From NCBI GenBank assembly GCA_965250005.1, contig OZ252279.1:1140001-1172000 (forward strand): a stretch of 32,000 nucleotides of DNA, written 5' to 3'. The translations under genes were made by a program, and so were the position numbers. The notes below the pieces were generated by a model. The model searched no databases and was not told the origin of the DNA. It worked only from the letters and a program-made list of their open reading frames with translations. The stretch is from Demequinaceae bacterium (GTDB lineage: Bacteria; Actinomycetota; Actinomycetes; Actinomycetales; Demequinaceae). Below, one piece after another: positions 1 to 9,295 of the stretch (its first letter is position 1; each line of letters begins with the position of its first letter).

Positions 1-18
1 ACCATCCGCCAGGCTCGC

Positions 19-1386
19 TCACTCGAGATCTAACTGCTTCGCGACGACGTCAGCAAGTTGCTGTGCGGTGGCGCGAGCTTCATCTTGAGTTTCAGCCTCG
101 ACCATAACCCGCACCAACGGCTCGGTCCCTGACGGACGGAGCAGCACTCGGCCGGCGTCGCCGAGCTTGGCTCGTGTTGCGGCGACGGCCGCCTGGAGTG
201 TCTCGTCCGTGTCCACGCGCGCCCGATCAACATTTGCTACGTTGATGAGTTCCTGGGGCAATGGCGCGATCACAGCGCAAAGGGTCTTCAGGGGCTGCTG
301 CACACGAGCGACCTCTGCGGCCAGCAAGAGAGCGGTGAGCACGCCGTCGCCGGTAGTCGCAAATTCAGAGACGATCACATGGCCCGACTGCTCCGCGCCG
401 AGCGAGTAGCCTCCCGCACGCATGGCTTCGAGCACGTAGCGGTCGCCAACCGGAGCCGTAATCACTTCAATTCCGGCGTTGCGCATCGCGCGGTGAAGCG
501 CGAGATTGCTCATCACTGTTGCCACGAGCGTGTCCGCGTAGAGAGTGCCCGAACGCTTCATTGAACTGGCGAGCACACCCATAATCTGGTCACCGTCAAC
601 GCTATTGCCTTCGTGATCAACCGCGAGACACCTGTCAGCGTCCCCGTCAAAGGCGACACCGAGGTCGGCTCCGGCCGCAATCACGGCCGTCTGGAGCCCC
701 TCCAAGTGGGTTGAGCCGACGCCGTCGTTGATGTTGCGGCCGTCCGGCGCAGCATTGGTGACCGTGACGTTTGCGCCGGCTGCCTTGAGCGCCGCAGGCC
801 CCACTTTGCTGGCAGCGCCATTTGCTGCGTCGACAACAACCGATACCCCACGCAAAGGTTGGTCCTTGCCAGCAAATTTTTGCGCGGCTGCAACGACGTG
901 CCTGACGTATTCCTGCTCGAGGTCACTCGCGCTATCGATGTTTCCGACATCTTCGCCAATGGGGCGCTCCCAATCTTGGCCGATGCGTTCCTCAATCGCC
1001 GCCTCGATCGCGTCGTCAAGCTTGTGCCCGCCGCGGGAGAAGAATTTTATGCCATTGTCGGGCATAGCGTTGTGTGACGCGGAGATAGCGACGCCGAGGT
1101 CTGCCCCCGTCGACGCGACCAAGTAGGCGATTCCTGGCGTTGGCAAGACGCCAACGTCTATGACGTCGACGCCCGCACTCGCGAGCCCCGCGCTCACGGC
1201 ACCGCTCAGCATTGGCCCGGACAGACGCGTGTCGCGCCCGACAATCGCGCGCGGCCGATGGCCAGAGAACTCGCCGCGCGCGTTGAGCTCGTGGGCAGCG
1301 CATACCGCAAGACTTAGCGCGAGTTCTGCAGTGACCTCGCGATTCGCGAGGCCACGAACTCCGTCCGTCCCAAACAGTCGCGCCAT
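19..1386 (-). CDS. glmM: Phosphoglucosamine mutase
   Basis: ORF contains [24 protein letters not shown], the catalytic-serine motif [25 protein letters not shown] and [15 protein letters not shown]. Start trimmed from the ORF-track start (1638) to the ATG at 1384-1386 giving MARLFGTDG; the upstream 84 aa overlap rpsI out of frame and are not GlmM-like. Confidence 0.97.
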   Translation of the reverse strand: MARLFGTDGVRGLANREVTAELALSLAVCAAHELNARGEFSGHRPRAIVGRDTRLSGPMLSGAVSAGLASAGVDVIDVGVLPTPGIAYLVASTGADLGVAISASHNAMPDNGIKFFSRGGHKLDDAIEAAIEERIGQDWERPIGEDVGNIDSASDLEQEYVRHVVAAAQKFAGKDQPLRGVSVVVDAANGAASKVGPAALKAAGANVTVTNAAPDGRNINDGVGSTHLEGLQTAVIAAGADLGVAFDGDADRCLAVDHEGNSVDGDQIMGVLASSMKRSGTLYADTLVATVMSNLALHRAMRNAGIEVITAPVGDRYVLEAMRAGGYSLGAEQSGHVIVSEFATTGDGVLTALLLAAEVARVQQPLKTLCAVIAPLPQELINVANVDRARVDTDETLQAAVAATRAKLGDAGRVLLRPSGTEPLVRVMVEAETQDEARATAQQLADVVAKQLDLE

Positions 1387-1396
1387 GCGCGCAATG

Positions 1397-2008
1397 CTAT
1401 CGCTTGGAGTACTGCGGAGCGCGACGGGCCTTTTTGAGACCTGCCTTCTTCCGTTCGACTGCACGCGCGTCGCGCGTAAGGAAGCCAGCGCTCTTAAGTT
1501 CGGCTCGGTTGGCTTCGCCGTCGATCTCGTTGAGGGCACGTGCCACGCCGAGGCGCAGGGCACCGGCCTGGCCTGAGGGCCCACCGCCCGTAATGCGAGC
1601 ATGCACGTCGAACTTGTCCTCGATGTCGAGAAGCGCAAACGGGCTGTTGACGAGCTGCTGGTGAACTTTGTTCGGGAAGTAGGTGTCGAGATCGCGGCCG
1701 TTGAGGAGCCACTGCCCGCTTCCAGGAACTAGGCGCACGCGCGCGACGGCTTCCTTGCGGCGGCCAAGGCCCGCACCGGGCTCGATGGCGGACTGTCCGA
1801 GACCGCGCTCGCGCACCGTCTCCGTTGAATACTCGGGCGCGCCTTCACCCTCAACGGGTGCGCTTGACACGGGTGCGCCCTCTTCTGGAGTTGCCGCTGC
1901 TTCCGGAGCTGCGGCTGCGGTGGTCTGGACCTCAGTGGCTTTGACCTCAGCGGCCTCGACCTCAGTGGTCTCGGGCATGGTCTCGTTCGTTGCTTCAGGC
2001 ACTGTCAT
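1397..2008 (-). CDS. rpsI: 30S ribosomal protein S9, with acidic Ala/Glu/Pro-rich N-terminal extension
   Basis: [33 protein letters not shown]...[19 protein letters not shown]...[27 protein letters not shown] is canonical S9; about 80 extra N-terminal residues. Confidence 0.96.
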   Translation of the reverse strand: MTVPEATNETMPETTEVEAAEVKATEVQTTAAAAPEAAATPEEGAPVSSAPVEGEGAPEYSTETVRERGLGQSAIEPGAGLGRRKEAVARVRLVPGSGQWLLNGRDLDTYFPNKVHQQLVNSPFALLDIEDKFDVHARITGGGPSGQAGALRLGVARALNEIDGEANRAELKSAGFLTRDARAVERKKAGLKKARRAPQYSKR

Positions 2009-2026
2009 TTTCCTTTTCGCCCGCGC

Positions 2027-2470
2027 TTACTGCGCGACCTGCGTGATTTCGAAGGGCTGCGGCTGCTGCGCGGCGTGGGGATGCTCCGCGCCTGCATAGA
2101 CCTTGAGCTTACTGAGCTGCGAACGGCCGAGCTTGGTCTTGGGGAGCATGCCCTTGACCGCGTTCTCGATGACGCGGGTGGGGTGCCTCTCTAGAACCTT
2201 GCCGATCGGGACACTGGAGAGGCCACCCGGGAAGCCCGAGTGACGGTGAACCAGCTTCTTGTCTGCCTTGTCGCCGGTCAGGGCGACTTTCTCTGCGTTG
2301 ACGACGATGACGAAGTCGCCGCCGTCCACGTGGGGCGCGAAGGTGGGCTTGTGCTTGCCGCGGATCAGCGTGGCTGCCTGAGACGCGAGGCGCCCGAGCA
2401 CGACGTCGTTGGCGTCGATAATGTGCCACGACGAGGTGACGTCGCCCGGCTTGGGGGAATAGGTGCGCAC
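2027..2470 (-). CDS. rplM: 50S ribosomal protein L13
   Basis: [48 protein letters not shown]...[12 protein letters not shown]...[17 protein letters not shown]. Start placed at GTG 2468-2470 ([10 protein letters not shown]); the ORF-track ATG at 2698 adds 76 unrelated residues overlapping truA. Confidence 0.93.
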   Translation of the reverse strand: MRTYSPKPGDVTSSWHIIDANDVVLGRLASQAATLIRGKHKPTFAPHVDGGDFVIVVNAEKVALTGDKADKKLVHRHSGFPGGLSSVPIGKVLERHPTRVIENAVKGMLPKTKLGRSQLSKLKVYAGAEHPHAAQQPQPFEITQVAQ

Positions 2471-2602
2471 TTCAGGCCTTCTTCGTTGTTCGGTGGATGC
2501 TACTGCTCGAATTCGCTGAAGACTCAGCAGAAACTGTTGGCTGGCGTACCCCGTGGCGGCGTAAGAACTCACCGAGCGCGGTTGAACGCACAACGACCCA
2601 CG

Positions 2603-2631
2603 AGCATACCGGTCGAGAGGCTGAAACTCAA
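2603..2631 (-). promoter_or_regulatory. Candidate promoter of rplM-rpsI(-glmM)
   Basis: Minus strand TTGAGT - 17 nt - TATGCT (-35 at 2626-2631, -10 at 2603-2608), overlapping the truA 3' end and about 130 nt upstream of the rplM GTG. Confidence 0.55.
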
Positions 2632-3494
2632 TCCAGAGTCCGCTTCGCCCGCGTCTGTTCCGCGCGTTCGCCGAGTTTGCCGTCCTGCGGGTAGGCAACG
2701 TCGTCCAAGGTAAGGGCGTGGGGCGGAGCTACCGTAACGGCCGATGTCCTCGCCGAGGACCCCGCGACGTGTGCAAGCCACGCGAGGTCACGCCGCCCCT
2801 CCCCCACCGCCAGAACGGCGCCTACGAGCGAGCGCACCATCGAATGGCAGAACGCGTCGGCCTTGAGCGTAGCGACCGCCAGATGGGCATCTGCGCCTTC
2901 CTGCGGCCGTTCCCAGGAGAACTCCGCGAGACTGCGGATGGTCGTCGATCCCTCGCGGGCCCGGCAGAAGGGAGCAAAATCGCGCAAACCCGTGAGCGTC
3001 GCCGACGCGGCGTTCAACACGACGATGTCGAGTTCGCGTGGATGCCAGAGCACCTCGCGCCGGCGCAAGGGCTCCTCGGTGGCCTTCTGGTCACTCACCC
3101 TGTACGTGTAACGCCGCTCCGTCGCACTAAAGCGCGCGTCAAACCCCGCCGGTGCTAGATCCACCGCCCACACAACAATGTCCCTCGGTAACACTCCCGC
3201 TAGTCTGTTCCGCATCCCTTCTGCCTCGGAGCGCTGCATTCTGCCCGGCATCGCGCCCCAAGCATCTGCGGGAAAATCAACGTGCGCAACCTGCCCGCGC
3301 GCGTGCACGCCGGCATCGGTGCGCCCCGCGACCGTCACGCGCAGCGGTTCGTCCCGTCTCGCCAAACGCGTGAGTCCGTGCGCGAGCACGCCCTCAACCG
3401 TTCGCAATCCGGGCTGGGCCGCCCAGCCCGAGAAGTCCGTGCCGTCATAGGAAAGGCGAAGGCGGACCCGCACGACCTGATCTGATTCGGTCAT
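2628..3494 (-). CDS. truA: tRNA pseudouridine synthase A
   Basis: [25 protein letters not shown]...[20 protein letters not shown]...[15 protein letters not shown]...[20 protein letters not shown]. Start either 3494 (MTESDQ) or 3509 (MKADPM). Confidence 0.95.
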   Translation of the reverse strand: MTESDQVVRVRLRLSYDGTDFSGWAAQPGLRTVEGVLAHGLTRLARRDEPLRVTVAGRTDAGVHARGQVAHVDFPADAWGAMPGRMQRSEAEGMRNRLAGVLPRDIVVWAVDLAPAGFDARFSATERRYTYRVSDQKATEEPLRRREVLWHPRELDIVVLNAASATLTGLRDFAPFCRAREGSTTIRSLAEFSWERPQEGADAHLAVATLKADAFCHSMVRSLVGAVLAVGEGRRDLAWLAHVAGSSARTSAVTVAPPHALTLDDVAYPQDGKLGERAEQTRAKRTLD

Positions 3495-3529
3495 GGGATC
3501 CGCCTTCAATGTGTGCGCGACGCGCGTGA

Positions 3530-4030
3530 CTACTTGTCGTCCTTCTTTGCCGCAGGCTTCTTAGTTGCAGTTTTCTTGGCAGCGGGCTTCTTGCCTTCGG
3601 CCTTGGCCTCAGTACTCGCCGCCCTGGTAGCGGCGGCGGTCGCCTCGGCAACCACCTGTTGCTTGGCACTTCCGGAACCTTCGACCAGCTCGATCACCGC
3701 CATGGGGGCGTTGTCTCCCTTACGGGGCCCAACCTTGGTGATGCGGGTGTAGCCACCGTTGCGGTCGGCAAACGCCGGGCCGATTTCCATGAAGAGGTGG
3801 TGAACGACGGACTTGTCGTTGATGATGCCGAGAACTCGACGGCGCGACGCGAGGTCGCCCCGCTTCGCGAACGTCACGATGCGCTCGGCGTAGGGGCGCA
3901 GGCGCTTGGCCTTCGCTGTGGTCGTGGTGATACGGCCGTATTCGAACAGGTTCTGCGCCAGGTTCGCGAGCATGAGCCGCTCGTGGGCCGGTCCGCCGCC
4001 TAGGCGGGCACCCTTGGTGGGGGTAGGCAT
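3530..4030 (-). CDS. rplQ: 50S ribosomal protein L17 with Ala/Lys-rich C-terminal tail
   Basis: [59 protein letters not shown]...; tail [20 protein letters not shown]. Confidence 0.96.
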   Translation of the reverse strand: MPTPTKGARLGGGPAHERLMLANLAQNLFEYGRITTTTAKAKRLRPYAERIVTFAKRGDLASRRRVLGIINDKSVVHHLFMEIGPAFADRNGGYTRITKVGPRKGDNAPMAVIELVEGSGSAKQQVVAEATAAATRAASTEAKAEGKKPAAKKTATKKPAAKKDDK

Positions 4031-4044
4031 ATCGTGTTCTCCTC

Positions 4045-5040
4045 TTAACTTTCTTCGTTGCCCGAGAAGTACACGCCGCCAGCTGCGGCCGCGTCGTACT
4101 CAGTGCCACTGTCCTTGAGGGAGAAGCCCAGCTCGACGAGCTTCTCCTTCACCTCAGTAATGGACTTCTGGCCAAAGTTGCGGATATCCATGAGATCGGC
4201 TTCGCTGCGTGCAGTGAGCTCTCCCACGGTGTGGATGCCTTCGCGCTTGAGGCAGTTATACGAACGCTGCGTCAGGTTGAGGTCCTCAACTGGCAGATTG
4301 TAGTCCTCCTCAAGCGCTTCGTCGGAGTCCGACGGACCGATCTCGATGCCCTCAGCCTCCTCGTTGAGCGCCCGTGCCAGCGAGAAGAGCTCAACCAGCG
4401 TCGAGCCGGCCGATGCGACGGCATCACGGGCCGTAATCGAGGACTTAGTCTCGACATCGATGATCAGTTCGTCAAAGTCCGTGCGCTGGGCGACGCGGGT
4501 GGCGTCGACCTTGTACGTGACCTTGAGAACCGGCGAGTAGATCGAGTCCACCGGAATTTGGCCGATCTCGGCGTCGTACGACTTGTTGAGCGTCGCGGGG
4601 ACGTAGCCCCGGCCGCGCTCCACCGTCAGTTCGACCTCGAACTTGGCCTTGGCGTTCAGCGTCGCGATGTGGAGATCCGAGTTGTGAATCTCGACACCGG
4701 CAGGAGGCGCGATGTCGGCGGCGGTAACCGCGCCAGCACCCCTCTTGCGCAAGTACATGATGACGGGCTCGTCGTTCTCTGAGGAGACCACCAGGTTCTT
4801 GAGGTTGAGGAGGATCTCGGTGACGTCCTCCTTCACCCCCTCGATGGTGGTGAACTCGTGAAGCACGCCTTCGAAGCGAACCGAAGTAATGGCCGCTCCG
4901 GGAATCGACGACAGGAGCGTACGACGCAACGAGTTTCCGAGCGTGTAGCCAAAGCCCGGCTCGAGTGGCTTGAGCGAGAACTGTGACCTGTTATCCGAGA
5001 TGACCTTCTCTGTGAGGGTGGGACGCTGTGCAATCAGCAC
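4045..5040 (-). CDS. rpoA: DNA-directed RNA polymerase subunit alpha
   Basis: [72 protein letters not shown]...; C-terminal domain [41 protein letters not shown]. Start likely the GTG at 5038-5040; the ORF track uses 5061. Confidence 0.96.
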   Translation of the reverse strand: MLIAQRPTLTEKVISDNRSQFSLKPLEPGFGYTLGNSLRRTLLSSIPGAAITSVRFEGVLHEFTTIEGVKEDVTEILLNLKNLVVSSENDEPVIMYLRKRGAGAVTAADIAPPAGVEIHNSDLHIATLNAKAKFEVELTVERGRGYVPATLNKSYDAEIGQIPVDSIYSPVLKVTYKVDATRVAQRTDFDELIIDVETKSSITARDAVASAGSTLVELFSLARALNEEAEGIEIGPSDSDEALEEDYNLPVEDLNLTQRSYNCLKREGIHTVGELTARSEADLMDIRNFGQKSITEVKEKLVELGFSLKDSGTEYDAAAAGGVYFSGNEES

Positions 5041-5180
5041 GATGGTTTCCTTTCCGAGCACCCGCTATTTGATGCTCGAGGGTCCCTGGGGCTCCAGCCG
5101 CCCTAGGGGTAGTGCCTGTTCAATTTGGTGCTGGCACGGGAAGGCCCGAGCCAGCGGCTTGCGCCTTTCAGCGCTGACGG

Positions 5181-5570
5181 TTAGTTGCGGCGACGCTTGG
5201 GAAGGCGACAGCCGTTGTGCGCCTGCGGCGTAACGTCCTTGATGGACGTGACCTCGAGGCCGGCTGCGGTGAGCGAGCGGATCGCGGTGTCGCGACCTGA
5301 GCCCGGTCCCTTGACGAAGACGTCAACCTTGGACATTCCGGCGTCCTTCGCTTTGCGAGCTGCTGCCTCTGCGGCGAGCTGCGCGGCGAACGGTGTGGAC
5401 TTGCGAGAGCCCTTGTAGCCGACTTGTCCAGACGACGACCACGAAACAACCGCACCCGAGGGATCGGTGATCGAGATGATCGTGTTGTTGAACGTGGACC
5501 GAATGTGAGCTTGTCCGTGATCGACGGTCTTCTTGGCCTTCTTGCGAGGCTTGCGTACGGGAGCGGCCAT
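5181..5570 (-). CDS. rpsK: 30S ribosomal protein S11
   Basis: [54 protein letters not shown]...[18 protein letters not shown]. Confidence 0.97.
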   Translation of the reverse strand: MAAPVRKPRKKAKKTVDHGQAHIRSTFNNTIISITDPSGAVVSWSSSGQVGYKGSRKSTPFAAQLAAEAAARKAKDAGMSKVDVFVKGPGSGRDTAIRSLTAAGLEVTSIKDVTPQAHNGCRLPKRRRN

Positions 5571-5572
5571 GG

Positions 5573-5944
5573 CTATACCTTCTTCCTTCCAGCAACAGTC
5601 TTCTTGGGGCCCTTACGGGTGCGCGCGTTGGTCTTGGTGCGCTGGCCGCGAACTGGCATGCCGCGACGGTGGCGAATGCCTTGGTAAGTGCCAATCTCGA
5701 CCTTGCGGCGAATGTCGGCCTGAACCTCGCGGCGCAGGTCACCTTCCACCTGGAAGTTGGCTTCAATATAGTCGCGGATCGCAACCAGCTCGGTGTCTCC
5801 CGCATCCTTCACGCGCATGTCGGGGCTTATTTTTGTAGCCGCCAGAATCTGCTGTGCCCGGGTGCGGCCGATACCGTAAACATATGTAAGTGCAACCTCG
5901 AAGCGCTTGTCGCGCGGGAGATCGACTCCAACTATTCGTGCCAT
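5573..5944 (-). CDS. rpsM: 30S ribosomal protein S13
   Basis: [34 protein letters not shown]...[33 protein letters not shown]. Confidence 0.97.
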   Translation of the reverse strand: MARIVGVDLPRDKRFEVALTYVYGIGRTRAQQILAATKISPDMRVKDAGDTELVAIRDYIEANFQVEGDLRREVQADIRRKVEIGTYQGIRHRRGMPVRGQRTKTNARTRKGPKKTVAGRKKV

Positions 5945-6089
5945 GGGCTTCTACTCCATTGCTATTCGGAGGTCTAATTCCCTGCCATCCCCCAGTTTTG
6001 ACTGCGGGCCCCGGCCTCCGAGCCGGGGGTTCCGGCGCGTGCGCGACGGTGGCTGAGCTATTCGATATCTAGTTGTGTGTTGAGATCTG

Positions 6090-6203
6090 TTAGCCCTGTC
6101 GCTGCTTATGGCGCAGGTTCTCGCAAATCACCATCACGCGACCGTTGCGACGAATAACCTTGCACTTGTCGCAAATCGGCTTGACGCTGGGCTTGACCTT
6201 CAT
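6090..6203 (-). CDS. rpmJ: 50S ribosomal protein L36 (zinc-binding, C+ form)
   Basis: Not in the supplied ORF track (too short). Minus strand ATG at 6201-6203 to TAA at 6090-6092 translates to [37 protein letters not shown]. Confidence 0.96.
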   Translation of the reverse strand: MKVKPSVKPICDKCKVIRRNGRVMVICENLRHKQRQG

Positions 6204-6262
6204 GAGTTCTTCCTTTGAGGCAGGCGCTGACACGCGGATGCGCGCTCAACTACTGCGACGGG

Positions 6263-6484
6263 TTACTTGTAGCGGTAGACAATCCGGCCGCGGGACAGGT
6301 CGTATGGCGTGAGCTCCACCACTACACGATCCTCGGGGAGGATCCGGATGTAGTGCTGGCGCATCTTGCCTGAGATGTGTGCGAGGACGAGGTGCCCGTT
6401 GGCCAACTCAACGCGAAAAGACGCGTTCGGCAACGCCTCAACAACGATGCCCTCCATCTCGATGACGCCGTCTTTCTTAGCCAT
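6263..6484 (-). CDS. infA: Translation initiation factor IF-1
   Basis: [73 protein letters not shown]. Confidence 0.98.
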   Translation of the reverse strand: MAKKDGVIEMEGIVVEALPNASFRVELANGHLVLAHISGKMRQHYIRILPEDRVVVELTPYDLSRGRIVYRYK

Positions 6485-6542
6485 TTACTCCACTAACGTA
6501 GGCGAAACTTGTTACGGGCGCACGAAAATTGCCCGACCGACA

Positions 6543-6571
6543 ACTATACGGATCTAGCGCCTCAAACACAA
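6543..6571 (-). promoter_or_regulatory. Candidate promoter of infA-rpmJ-rpsM-rpsK-rpoA-rplQ
   Basis: Minus strand TTGTGT (6566-6571) - 17 nt - TATAGT (6543-6548); directly abuts the terminator-like hairpin at 6571-6607. Confidence 0.5.
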
Positions 6572-6607
6572 CTGCGCGCCGTACCTCGGGTGAGGTCGGC
6601 GCGCAGT
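6571..6607 (-). terminator. Terminator-like hairpin downstream of the 6627..6941 gene
   Basis: Minus strand ACTGCGCGCCGACCTCACCCGAGGTACGGCGCGCAGT: 11 bp plus 5 bp stem with a 1-nt bulge and 4-nt loop, followed by TGTGTTTG. Lies just after the stop codon at 6627. Confidence 0.7.
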
Positions 6608-6626
6608 CTATTGGGAACTTCTGTCG

Positions 6627-6941
6627 CTACGGAAGGTTCCTCCTGAGACGCACGAGTGCTGCGTCACGGATTTCCGAGCGGCGGTGCTCGGCCAACTGAC
6701 GGATCAATGTCTCTGGCGCACGCCCGTTGCGCACAAGCGCTCCGAGCACGTCCGGATTGCGGTCATGCCCCAAGGCGAGCAGAGCGCCCATGGGACAATC
6801 AGGTCGCGAGGCGACTGCCGCGCGGACTTCGGGGTTGCGGTGAACAGCAAGCGGGAGCAGGTCCACGCCGGTGATGTTCGGATCAAGCGCGCGTGCTATG
6901 TCGTCTGTCACGCGCTTTGCTGGGGACATTCCGAGTGCCAT
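6627..6941 (-). CDS. Small helical-repeat (LRV/HEAT-like) protein of unknown function
   Basis: 104 aa with repeating pattern NPEVRAAVASRPDCPMGALLALGHDRNPDVLGALVRNGRAPETLIRQLAEHRRSEIRDAALVRL; AGAAAGG Shine-Dalgarno-like sequence upstream; terminator immediately downstream. Alternative ATG at 6929. Confidence 0.75.
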   Translation of the reverse strand: MALGMSPAKRVTDDIARALDPNITGVDLLPLAVHRNPEVRAAVASRPDCPMGALLALGHDRNPDVLGALVRNGRAPETLIRQLAEHRRSEIRDAALVRLRRNLP

Positions 6942-7374
6942 CGGTCAGCCACCTTTCTGAGGGTTCCGTCTGCCTTTATCGTATGCACGGGAGCAAGAAT
7001 TACTAGCCCCTTGTGACGAAGTAGACAGGCCCCTCAGGCCTGTCCAACCTTCCGCGTAGCGCCATTCAAACACGAACGCGAAACATTACTTCCTTCATGG
7101 TTGTTCATCCGAGAAACGCGTAGCACTTGAGATTTGTTCCCCTCGGCCACAAATTCGCCATAATTGGGGGCACAGCATGTGGGGGCAGCAAGAGGCCTGA
7201 CCGGACCTCAATCCTCTGCTTGCCCAACGCGGATCTGTACTCTCGGGCCCGGCGGGACGGCGAATCCGTGAACATCTGCGCGCGGTGGCGCTTGCTCGGT
7301 ACCATTCCGGCATAACCGATACCGGTCCGGTTTGCTCGCATCAGCCGTCTTCGGAGGGCGCGCGGCGCCGACTT

Positions 7375-7953
7375 TCAGCCTCGTGGCTGGCGGCCTTCGA
7401 TCGCGGCCAAGAGCCTCTCTGTGACCTCGTCGACGCTGCCTCGCCCGTCTACCTGGGTCAGGAGGCCCTTGCCTTCGTAGAAGGCCGCAACGGGCGCCGT
7501 CTCGTCGGTGTAGACCTCGAGGCGGGTGCGCACGACCGACTTCGTGTCGTCGGCGCGGCCCTCGATCTCCGCACGTTTCATCAGCCGAGCGGTGACCTCG
7601 TCAAAGTCCGCAGTGATCTCAACTGCGACGTCAATATCAACGCCCAGGTCCACAAGCATCAGATCAAGTTCGACGGCCTGATCCGGATTGCGCGGGTACC
7701 CATCTAGCAGGAACCCCTGTGTAACGTCGTCCTCAGCAAGCCTGGTCCGCACCATGTCGTTTGTCACCTCGTCGGGGACCAACTCGCCTGCGTCCATGAA
7801 ACTCTTGGCCTTCAGCCCAAGCTCAGTATTGCCGCCCACGTTGGCGCGGAAGATGTCACCAGTCGAGATTGCGGGGACGCCGTAGTGGACCGCCAGTCTG
7901 GCCGCCTGCGTACCCTTTCCCGCGCCGGGCGGGCCTAAAAAGACTGCGCGCAT
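7375..7953 (-). CDS. adk: Adenylate kinase
   Basis: MRAVFLGPPGAGKGTQAARLAVHYGVPAISTGDIFRANV...GFLLDGYPRNPDQA. Confidence 0.97.
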   Translation of the reverse strand: MRAVFLGPPGAGKGTQAARLAVHYGVPAISTGDIFRANVGGNTELGLKAKSFMDAGELVPDEVTNDMVRTRLAEDDVTQGFLLDGYPRNPDQAVELDLMLVDLGVDIDVAVEITADFDEVTARLMKRAEIEGRADDTKSVVRTRLEVYTDETAPVAAFYEGKGLLTQVDGRGSVDEVTERLLAAIEGRQPRG

Positions 7954-9252
7954 CTACTTCAAGAATCCTTCGTAGTGGCGCTGCTCAAGCTGGGACTGGA
8001 TGCGCTTGACCGTGTCTAGCCCGACGCCCACCACGATGAGGATCGAGGCGCCGCCGAACGGAATATTGGTGCTGAGCCCGAGCGCGACGAACACGACAGT
8101 CGGCACAAGCGCAACGATGGCTAGGTAAATCGAGCCCGCCGCAGTGATGCGGGACAACACATAGTCGAGGAATTCCGCCGTCGGCTTGCCAGGGCGAATT
8201 CCAGGGATGAAGCCACCGTACTTCTTCATGTTGTCCGCGACTTCGTCCGGGTTGAACGTGATGGCGGTATAGAAGTAGGCGAAAAAGACGATCAAAAGCA
8301 CGTAGAGCAGGATATTTAGCGGCTCGCCCTGTTGCGCGATATTGTCCTGGACCCAGCGAATCCACGGAGCGGCGTCGGCACCCGCGAATTGCACGATCAC
8401 CTGCGGAAGCGTGAGCAGCGACGACGCGAAGATCACCGGGATGATTCCCGCCATGTTGATCTTGATCGGGATGTACGTCGAAGAACCGCCGAGCATCTTG
8501 CGCCCGACCATCCGCTTCGCATACTGAACCGGGATGCGACGCTGCGACTGCTCAACGAACACCACGGCGACGATCACGATGACTACGACGAGCGCGACGA
8601 GCGCGGACTTGCTCGGGCCCCCGCTGGAGTTCCAGATGGTCTGAGCGGAGCCGGGGAAGCTCGATGCGATGGAGGTGAAGATCAGTAGCGACATGCCATT
8701 GCCGATGCCGCGCTCCGTGATGCGCTCACCGAGCCACATGATGAGTACGGTCCCGGCGGTCATGGTGAGAACCATCATCGAAATGATGTACCAGGACTGG
8801 TCCGGGATCATGCCTTCGCAGTTGGGCAGGAGCAGGCCGTTGCGGGCAAGGGTGATGTATGAGGCCGACTGCATAGCTGCGAACGCGACGGTGATGTACC
8901 GCGTGTACTGCGTGAGCTTGGCCTGGCCATCTTGGCCCTCGGAGTGAAGGGTCTGGAAGCGCGGAATCAGCACGCGGAGCAACTGCACCATGATGCTCGC
9001 CGTAATGTACGGCATGATGCCTAGCGCGAAGACCGACAGGGTCAGGAGCCCGCCGCCGCTGAATACGTTGATGAGGTTGGCGAAGCTGTTGGCCTCGGTG
9101 CCCGAGTTGAGGCAATCCTGGATGTTGCCGTAACTGACGCCCGGCGTGGGGATCGCAATACCCAGGCGGTAGACCATCAAGATTCCGAGCGTGAAGAGGA
9201 TCTTGCGCCGCAAGTCCGGAGTGCGGAACGCACTCACAAATCCACCGAGCAT
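7954..9252 (-). CDS. secY: Preprotein translocase subunit SecY
   Basis: FRTPDLRRKILFTLGILMVYRLGIAIPTPGVSY...LFALGIMPYITASIMVQLL...QRRIPVQYAKRMVGRKMLGGSSTYIPIKINMAGIIPVIFASSLL...; abuts adk. Confidence 0.97.
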   Translation of the reverse strand: MLGGFVSAFRTPDLRRKILFTLGILMVYRLGIAIPTPGVSYGNIQDCLNSGTEANSFANLINVFSGGGLLTLSVFALGIMPYITASIMVQLLRVLIPRFQTLHSEGQDGQAKLTQYTRYITVAFAAMQSASYITLARNGLLLPNCEGMIPDQSWYIISMMVLTMTAGTVLIMWLGERITERGIGNGMSLLIFTSIASSFPGSAQTIWNSSGGPSKSALVALVVVIVIVAVVFVEQSQRRIPVQYAKRMVGRKMLGGSSTYIPIKINMAGIIPVIFASSLLTLPQVIVQFAGADAAPWIRWVQDNIAQQGEPLNILLYVLLIVFFAYFYTAITFNPDEVADNMKKYGGFIPGIRPGKPTAEFLDYVLSRITAAGSIYLAIVALVPTVVFVALGLSTNIPFGGASILIVVGVGLDTVKRIQSQLEQRHYEGFLK

Positions 9253-9295
9253 GTCTTCTCCTTGATTACGTTGGTCACAACCGTCACGAGGGCAT

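Noticed and set aside
1387-1638. 84-aa N-terminal extension of glmM in the ORF track
   Set aside because: Overlaps rpsI in another frame; canonical GlmM start [12 protein letters not shown] is at 1386.
2471-2698. 76-aa N-terminal extension of rplM in the ORF track
   Set aside because: Overlaps the truA end and the leader; canonical L13 start is the GTG at 2470.
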